A stretch of DNA of 64,000 nt from Ostrea edulis. Taxonomy: Eukaryota. Position numbers and translations under genes: made by a program. Location of the stretch: positions 30,814,001-30,878,000 of the forward strand of contig NC_079168.1 in NCBI RefSeq assembly GCF_947568905.1, written 5' to 3'. Below, piece by piece: positions 55,266-64,000 of this stretch (its first letter is position 1; every line of letters starts with the position of its first letter). The notes beneath the pieces were generated by a model that did no database searches, was not told the origin of the DNA, and saw only the letters and a program-made list of their open reading frames with translations.

Positions 55266-58200
55266 ATGGAGGAACCCATCACACATGGTCCGTCATCGGC
55301 CAAAAAGGTGAAAGTGGACACAGATGCCCCAGAGGACAATGAATTGAATGATGATAACAGCTGCGGGAGTGGGGGTTTTGCTCCCTGTACTGAGGAAGAT
55401 GCTTTGTGTGATCAGGACACAGAACCGTACGATACAGAAGAAGGCGAATCAAACGAGAATTTATTTGGAAGAGCTTTGAGCCCGACTCTAAAGGATTCTG
55501 ACAGTCCAATCAGAGAGGAGGCTGGAACACCCGTCGTAGAGTTAACTGAGGAGGATATAAAATTGTCTCCACCGAAGATGACGAAGATTGAATCGGTGCT
55601 GAAGGACGCTAACTTAATATCAAATATTGTAAACGGTATCGATGTTGACGTTGTGTACGAGAAACTCAAAGGGAGGCGAGGTAACCCAAACAGAGTGGAC
55701 CAGGTGATTAATGAAATTTTAGAGGATGTAGATAAAGGTAAGAAAGAAGATGAGAAGAAGAGCTCAAAAGAAGATGTCTCTTGTGTGGAGGATTTGGTAA
55801 CAGTGATTGACAAAGCCTCAGCCAATGTTTCCAAGCTGCCCATGACTGCTGGTGAAATCCAGCAACTGTTGTACGAAAATAAAGACAGACCGGATCGAGT
55901 AGATTACGTCGTCAGCCAGATATTGGTAAAATACTATAAATCATCAGCCGTTCAGAAAGATGAATACCTGGATGACATGATGGTAGTATTGTCTGTTTTG
56001 CCTACAGCCGATCCTGAGCAGGTGTATAAACTCATAGAAAGAAATTGTCGACAGACCGACAGGGTACAAAAGATTATTGTTCAACTTCGAAATCAAAGTG
56101 GCCCGTCAGGTTCTTTGAAGAAAGAGACTTCTCTCCCAGTAGATCCAAAACACCTCGAGGATCCCCTGTACCGGGATATGAGGATTGTGTGTAAAGTTTT
56201 ACCTGAAAAAGACCCTAATGAGGTCTACGAATACTTGACAGCTCATCATGAAAAGAAAAATCGTCTCAAAGTTGTGATAGAGGAACTTATGAAATCAGGA
56301 GATTGCGATTCACAGAGTGTTGCTGCTAGTGTGGACCAAAACTCTGTGCATTTGTCTGATGTTATGCATGTGGGAACAAATGGAGGTCTGCTCAGACACA
56401 TTCAGGAGGAGGTGGACGAGTTGATGGAAATATTTCCAGACTGCGATCCAAATTATATTTATGATAAACTGGAGGAACACTCTGACGACAAAGACAAACT
56501 TAGAAATATTGCCATGGAATTGTTTGAGCACAAGAACTACCCAAGACTCAAAGCTCTGGAGGAACGAAAAAAACAAGCCATGCACAATCGAATTCAACAC
56601 CTGCAGTTTGACATGGAGTCATTCCTCGTCAGATTTCCTGACCCTATGGACACATTTCTAAATGTCGATAAAGAGATGTCCAGTTCTTATAAAGAACACA
56701 CACTTCAACAGCTGAGGAAAGATTACAGGAAGTTAAAAAAGTCATTCCTTATAGAAGTACTCGAGCAACACAATTATCACTATCACCTGAGCAAATGCAA
56801 GATTGAAAAAAAATTAGAAGGCATTCCTGGTAGGTATTGTAATTCAGTCACCTATCCATCCTCAGTAAATACTAGACTAATACTACTAATAGGTAAACTA
56901 TCAGTATTACTGATATCCATCCTCAGTAAATACTAGACTAATACTACTAATAGGTAAACTATCAGTATTACTGATATCCATCCTCAGTAAATACTAGACT
57001 AATACTACTTATAGGTAAACTATCAGTATTACTGATATCCATCCTCAGTAAATATTAGACTAATACTACTAATAGGTAAAGTATCAGTATTACTGATATC
57101 CATCATTAATAAATACTAGACTAATACTACTAATAGGTAAACTATCAGTATTACTGATATCCATCATCTGAATACTAGACTAATACTACTAATAGGTAAA
57201 CTATCAGTATTACTGATATCCATCAATAAATACTAGACTAATACTACTTATAGGTAAAGTATCAGTATTACTGATATCCATCCTCAGTAAATACTAGACT
57301 AATACTACTTATAGGTAAACTATCAGTATTACTGATATCCATCCTCAGTAAATACTAGACTAATACTACTTATAGGTAAACTATCAGTATTACTGATATC
57401 CATCCTCAGTAAATACTAGACTAAAACTACTTATAGGTAAAGTATCAGTATTACTGATATCCATCCTCAGTAAATACTAGACTAATACTACTTATAGGTA
57501 AACTATCAGTATTACTGATATCCATCCTCAGTAAATACTAGACTAATACTACTTATAGGTAAACTATCAGTATTACTGATATCCATCCTCAGTAAATACT
57601 AGACTAATACTACTTGTAGGTAAACTATCAGTATTACTGATATCCATCATCAGTAAATACTAGACTAATACTACTAATAGGTAAACTATCAGTATTACTG
57701 ATATCCATCCTCAGTAAATACTAGACTAATACTACTAATAGGTAAACTATCAGTATTACTGATATCCATCATCAGTAAATACTAGACTAATACTACTTAT
57801 AGGTAAACTATCAGTATTACTGATATCCATCATCAGTAAATACTAGACTAATACTACTTATAGGTAAACTATCAGTATTACTGATGTCCATCATTAATAG
57901 ATACTAGACTAATACTACTTATAGGTAAACTATCAGTATTACTGATGTCCATCATCAATAAATACTAGACTAATACTACTTATAGGTAAACTATCAGTAT
58001 TACTGATGTCCATCATCAATAAATACTAGACTAATACTACTAATAGGTAAACTATCAGTATTACTGATAATCATTTTGTACAGTTTAGGCTTATACACAG
58101 TGATTTTTTATGGTCTGTAGGGACCTAAATAAGGCTCCATTCCCAATGCTAAAATGCAGGTATTTTCCCCAATTTTTGCTTTAAAATTCCCAAACAATGA

Positions 58201-61200
58201 AAATAAATCAAGCAGGGTAGCCTAATTGTTCATGAAATCAAGACCTTAAAAAAAACCTAATACAATATGTATTACAGTATTACTGTCTTTTACCTAGTAA
58301 CTAACATTTTGTGAAATAGTAGTTTGTAGATATGACGGATGTACTTTTATGCAAGATTTCATTGATAAAACCTAAAACTTTGCTATTTTTTCCAGAGAAC
58401 TCAAAGAAGTTTCGGAATCAGTTACTAAGCGATGCTGACTGTCTGATGCCGGAGGAAGCTGACGAGTTCTTTTACTACGAGAAGTTGTATTCCGAGAATG
58501 AAGGAGAGATCAAAAGTACATTTTCATTAAAACAAATTTCGAAAAAGCTACTACTTAAAAAAAGCATTATGCCTTTCATTTCATATGCCTGAAGTTGGTT
58601 AAAGTAGATTTTGACCTGAAGAGGTACAACACTACCATTTTGTAGCAAAATATTGCTATGTGAGTGCGAAAATTATTATTTATAGAAAAATTGAAAATCT
58701 CCGTTGAACTTGAATTTGAGATTATTACAGATTTTCCAACGTAACACCTAAACCCACTGAGCAAAACAGACAAGCAGAGTTATGTCCAAGACATGGCGTT
58801 ATGTCGATATCGATGATATCAAATTGATGTCGAATCATGATTGTCAACAAAGTATCCGTTGCATACATTTTCCCGTAATTCAAGCCTATATGACCTTTGA
58901 TGACATCTCACTTTATCTAAATATTCATATTCTTTTCGACATAGCATAGGGTCGTGCATATGGTCGATTAAATTATCACTTGTGTACTTATTTTACCTTG
59001 TTGTCGATATCGACGACATCGATGATATCGTATCGATATCGAATCAATATTGTTAAACAATTCGTTATGACTGTCCTAGCTACTATATTTCTTTACACTT
59101 GTGTATAAATTTCGCTATGTTGCACTAAATGAGTTCCCCTTACTGTCGATATCAACGATATCGTATCGATATCGAATCGTTACCGTGACGTCTCAAGATT
59201 TTGTTGTGACATTCTACCAACTATATTTCTTCATTGTTGTTTGTCTGTTTATAAATTTAACACTGACTGAGATTCCCTTGTTGTCGATATCTACGATATC
59301 GTGTCGATATCGAATCATGATTGTAAAACAAATGGTTGTGCATGTCCTTGCCTGCATCATTCTGATAATTGTGCAGATGTTTAGGTAATTTGCATTAACA
59401 AAGTATCCCTTGCTGTTGATATCGACGATATCATATTGATATCGAACCATGATATTTATAAGTTTTTTGTGACCATCCTTACCACTGTTTTTTTTTTATA
59501 GATGTGCATGTGTTTAAGCATTCTAAATTGATTAAGTTTCTATTACTGTTGATATCGTTTGGAGTTGAATCTAAAAATCTGCATGAACCTCAGGCAGAAT
59601 TCTTAATAAATTCACGAAACACGATCGATATCGATACAATAGCGGAACAGTTTTGTCGATATCGACGATATCGACAAAGCACCCAGCGTCATTTATGATG
59701 ATTGACTTCAACAACAAAATCCATACAACTTTCGATATCGATACAATATCGAATTGATATCGTCAATATCGACATGATAGTTAGTCTGTGGTAAATTTTC
59801 AATATTAATTATTTCACAAATCTCAGTCAATTACAAAAACTCCATGTGGTTGATATCGAAACGATATCGACACGACATTGTCGATGTCGTCAATATCGAC
59901 ATTACACTCGGTCTTGGACATGTATGGACAAGTACAGTGATCCCCCGTTATAACACCAACATAACGGGGAGCAATATAGCGGGGGATCACTGTATTAATG
60001 AACGTTTAAAGGATAAAAAATAGTCATCTGATTTTATTTTTACCACAATGGCATGGATCCACATGTGACACTGTGGTATTTACTATATACACTGCATGTG
60101 TACTTTGGGGTGATCCGTATTTGTGTATCTTTTTTTCGGTCCAAGGTTACAGTTATTTAATGATTTCAGGGTACCTTCATGACAAGAAGCAGTTGTACGA
60201 GCTACGTCTCCAGGAGGCTCGGGACAGTGGGCAGCTGATGGAGTGCCAGTGTTGTTTTGATGAAGAGTGTCTGTTTGAAAACATGGCCGCCTGTCCCGAG
60301 GGCCACCTCTTCTGCAAAACATGTGTCCGCAGATCGGCGGAGGTTGTGATAGGTCAAGGAAAGACAGATTTCAAATGCATGGATGGGACGTGCTCAGAAC
60401 ATTTCTCACTTTCTACCCTTCAACATGTGCTGCCTGTCAATATTTTCTCCATTGTTTTAAGAAAGATGCAGGAAGAGGAGATTCAGAAGGCAGACATCCC
60501 AGATTTAGTTTCTTGTCCCTTCTGTACTTTTGCCACCATTATGCCAGATCAAAATGATAAAGTGTTCAAGTGCCTGAATCCTGAATGTCTGAAAGAATCT
60601 TGCAGGTAAAATTGAAGATCATAGCATGCTGGTATTTGTTTTGATGTGTACGTTTAATACTGTATGTATACCGTATGTTATACGAGTTCTTATAAATATC
60701 AAGAAATTATATACTCTTAGATGTCAAAATGCGAGAACGCGAAGTTGTGAGTGGATTGTTGAGCAAAAGTTTTTACATGTATTTCAGCAATATGAAAATA
60801 AAAGTGAGTAATTTTATATTGAGAATGGTGAGTCGCGCTAAATTGCATGATCATAAATTCCATGAATATATTTAAGAATCTACAGGATATGTATAATTCT
60901 CTCACGGAACTCTGGATAGAGAATGGATATGTATAATTCTTTTGATAAGTGATTCGTTGTTAATAGCCGAGTTGCAAGGAAGTTGAACTCAGCTATTGGT
61001 TTGGTGATGTGGGCGGGCGGTTGGGCGTCAACAATTGGTTTCAGGATGATAACTCGAAAAGTTTAAAATCTAATCAAATGAAACTTTGATATATTGTTGG
61101 GTACCAGAAAAGGAAGACCCCTATTGATTTTGGAGAAAAATGGTCAAAGGTCAAGGTCACAGTGACCGAAAATAGAATGAAAATTTCAGAAAAATTTGGT

Positions 61201-63536
61201 TTCCGGATGATAACTCAGAAAGTTTAAATCCGAATCAAATGAAACTTTGATATATTGTTGGATACCAGGTAAGGAAGACCCCTATTGATTTTGGAGAAAA
61301 AAGGTCAAAGGTCAAGGTCACAGTGACCGAAAATAGATTTAAAAATTTTTTAAAATTTGGTTTCCGGAGGATAACTCGAAAATTTTTAATTTGAATCAAA
61401 TGAAACTTGGATATATTGTTGGATACCAGTAAAGCAAGGACCCTATTGATTTTGGAGAAAAAAGGTCAAAGGTCAAGGTCACAGTGACCGAAAATAGATT
61501 GAAAACTTCAGACAAATATGGTTTCTGGACAGTAACTCGGAAAGTTTAAAACTGAAATTAGTTCTTCACAATTATAAATATGCCACATCATTCCTGACTT
61601 TACAATGCATCCCATGCAACTTGGCTCATGGACCCCTGGGTGCATTCATTGATTTTTTCATTGTGTATTTCTGAAAATTATTGCACAGATTATTTTGTTT
61701 GTTGTAGTCACATTTACAATGACGTACCTGTATTTGACATATTTCAGAATATTCTCCTCACATGTGTACTCAGTAAATACTTTAATATTGTATATCAGGT
61801 CATGTAATTTTGGTGCATTGAAATAGGGCTGAAACGATTCACCGAAATTTTGGTACTGTTCAATATAAACGCTCAATTCAATGTTCGATTCATTGCCCCG
61901 ATTTTTTATTTGATTCGTTGTTTAATGAAATACATGGGGCTTGACCTGTACTTATGATTTTTACATGCACAAGGGACAAAATGGCGTCCGATAACTGTCA
62001 AACTGTTGTTAGCCTAGAGTTTGACAAAAGCAATAATGAACTTAATCAGTTTAAACTACAGAGCCAACAGACATCTTACTGTTCGGCGGTTTGGAAACAG
62101 TTTACTTTTGAAATTGTGATTGAATCTTTGCAAGAAAATTTTTCTTCAAAGTTATCATTGGTTTCTTCTATAAAATGTATCGTATTGAAAATATTGAATT
62201 GTGGCATAAGTATTGCAATATGTATCATATCGTGAAGGGGGCATACCATTTCAGTCTTACGTTGAATTGATTTCATGGATGACTAAAACTTCACAAAAAA
62301 TAAAAAGCGCAAAAAATTTCCTTTGAGATGAATCATAAAGGCTTAAATTGCCTCGATAATCATCGGCCAAAACTTTAATGCACCAATATTTCAAACTACC
62401 TTATATAGAGAAAAACATAAAGAATTCCAAATACAAAAATTTCCCAATGTGCCGTACATGACAATGTTTGCCTAATATACGCATGCTTTGTGTATTTTTC
62501 ATATTTTGAAACTTGCGCATAAGTAAAAAATAATTTTATACTCGGAGAGAAAAATGGATCTTTAATGAAAAAAATATGTATTGTTGTTTTTTTAATTTCA
62601 AGGTTTTGTAAGGAGCCAAACCATATTCCTTTGCGTTGTAATGAGGTGGAGAAGCAGGGAGAAGTTGGCATGAGGACGTACATCGAGGCTCGCCTGACGG
62701 AGGCCATGATTAGGCGCTGTCACAACTGTCAAAAAGCATTTGTGAAGGAGTTTGGCTGCAACAAAATGACTTGTACTTGTGGAGCTTCCAGTTGTTATGT
62801 GTGCCGAGCTCCGGACATTGACTATGATCACTTCACTGGGGAAAAGTACGTACTGATGCCGTCATTAACTTGTCAAAAGATTTTACGTGAACACAAGATT
62901 GTAGTAGCCTAGTGGTTAGGGTGGTGAATTCAAACTGGGGGACCCAGGTTCGATTATTGATTTTTAACATAGGTAGAGACTGTTTTTATGCCAAGCATCC
63001 TGCATTAGAAGTTAAAGTCACAGGTCTTTTTGGATATGATCTAAAAATGTAGGCCCTGTGTCACGGTAGATGTTGGCATGATAAAGAAACCTCACCTCTA
63101 CAGCACTGAGCGCCATTTAAAATTTATTGCACTTCACCTTTAACTTGTAACATTTCTACAAATTCTCAATATGAAGGTAAAAACAATATACAAAACACGG
63201 TTATAGCAAAGTGTTGGGGATGAAGAATGTTTTGCTTTAAGCGTAATTCGTTATATATCGAATAAGTTCACATGTTTTTAAAACTTCAGGGAATAAAAAT
63301 CACTTCGCTGTAGGCATGAATTCATTCTAATGGTGTTTGATGTAATTGTGTTTTACTGTACACCATAAATGAGACCTGTTTTCTGCTCTGTAGCTGTAAC
63401 CAGGGGGACATGAATAAACTCCACAAGGAGGAGATGTTGAAAGCAGCCGTAGAGGCGAGGGACATATACCTCCAGGAACACCCCGAGGCTGCCGATATCG
63501 ACCTCAAATACGACCCCATCAAACACGTAGAGCAAT
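55266..63536 (+). CDS. RNF216: RNF216/TRIAD3-like RBR E3 ubiquitin ligase (3' end beyond window)
   Basis: Exons 55266-56829, 58396-58515, 60170-60605, 62603-62845, 63394-63536 in phase. RING1 CQCC..CPEGHLFC..C..KCMDGTC, IBR CPFC..FKCLNPEC..SCRFCKEPNHIPLRC, RING2 CHNC..GCNKMTCTCG..CYVC. Confidence 0.9.
56853..58070. repeat. 61-bp intronic minisatellite
   Basis: About 20 units of TATCCATCCTCAGTAAATACTAGACTAATACTACTAATAGGTAAACTATCAGTATTACTGA starting 23 bp after the exon donor. Confidence 0.95.
58790..59910. repeat. Fold-back-like array of GATATC/TCGA-rich units
   Basis: gtcgatatcgacgatatcgtatcgatatcgaatc-type units about every 115 bp, inverted in the right half. Confidence 0.6.
60960..61560. 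mobile_element. HINE-like element with about 150-bp internal repeats
   Basis: Three units with GGTCAAAGGTCAAGGTCACAGTGACC; (GGGC)n microsatellite near the start. Confidence 0.6.
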
Positions 63537-63819
63537 GTAAGTACAGCTGTGAGGTTACACTTCAAATGTAAATGTTAAGCAACGTTGCAACATACTGCAA
63601 ACCCACTGTTATTCGTGACAACATTTATTCACGAATCGGCAGTAAAGAATCTGACCACAACTGGCAGGATTCATATATTCTCAATTTCATCTGAATTGGT
63701 TATTTTGCAAGATATCTCTAAATATTGAAAATATGTCAGTAAACTTTTTATGAAAGGTTAAATTTTTGTCAAAGGAAGGATGGGGGTAAATCTGGGAGAC
63801 TTTAGTAGCAGCATCCTGT

Positions 63820-64000
63820 TATTATTATACACACCCCCCCCCCCCCCCGCAACAAGTTGTGGGGGGGGGGGGGTATACTGGAATCGGGTTGTCCGTCTGT
63901 CTGTCCGTCTGTAGATGCAATGGTTTCCGGGCTCTAAAGCATTATCCTTTCCACCTACCGTCACCATATCATATATATAGACTACCCATGGGATGAAGAT
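63820..64000. mobile_element. End of a HINE-like element (truncated by window)
   Basis: TATACACCCCC..GCAACAAGTTG..GGGGGTATAC hairpin and (CCGTCTGT)n microsatellite. Confidence 0.55.

Overview
Eukaryotic, AT-rich, intron-containing DNA, most consistent with a bivalve (oyster-like) genome judging by the HINE/166-bp satellite elements and other repeat types. Two divergently oriented host genes flank the window: an 11-exon ABHD12-like serine hydrolase (minus strand, 2060-13981) and an RNF216/TRIAD3-like RBR E3 ligase (plus strand, from 55266, running off the window). Between them lies a nest of mobile DNA of about 35 kb: an intronless two-zinc-knuckle gene, an intron-containing ISL2EU-type transposon (THAP-DDE transposase plus SWIM-YqaJ gene), a roughly 18.8 kb Polinton/Maverick endogenous virus (about 25066-43837), a 5.0 kb DIRS/Ngaro-type tyrosine-recombinase retrotransposon and a decayed Gypsy. 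The Polinton has all core genes (pPolB, integrase, ATPase, MCP, mCP, protease, basic core proteins); pPolB, protease and mCP each carry one disabling lesion. The main finding is its accessory cargo, which reads as a counter-defence kit: three tandem Bcl-2-like genes, a GADD34/ICP34.5/DP71L-like PP1 adaptor, a BIR-RING IAP, a macrodomain, a RING protein and an apparently inactivated CRESS-virus Rep-like gene. Its terminal regions carry arrays of NFI and Rel/NF-kB-type sites and an octamer near the end, reminiscent of the adenovirus origin. Family assignments come from motif recognition by eye, not database searches.
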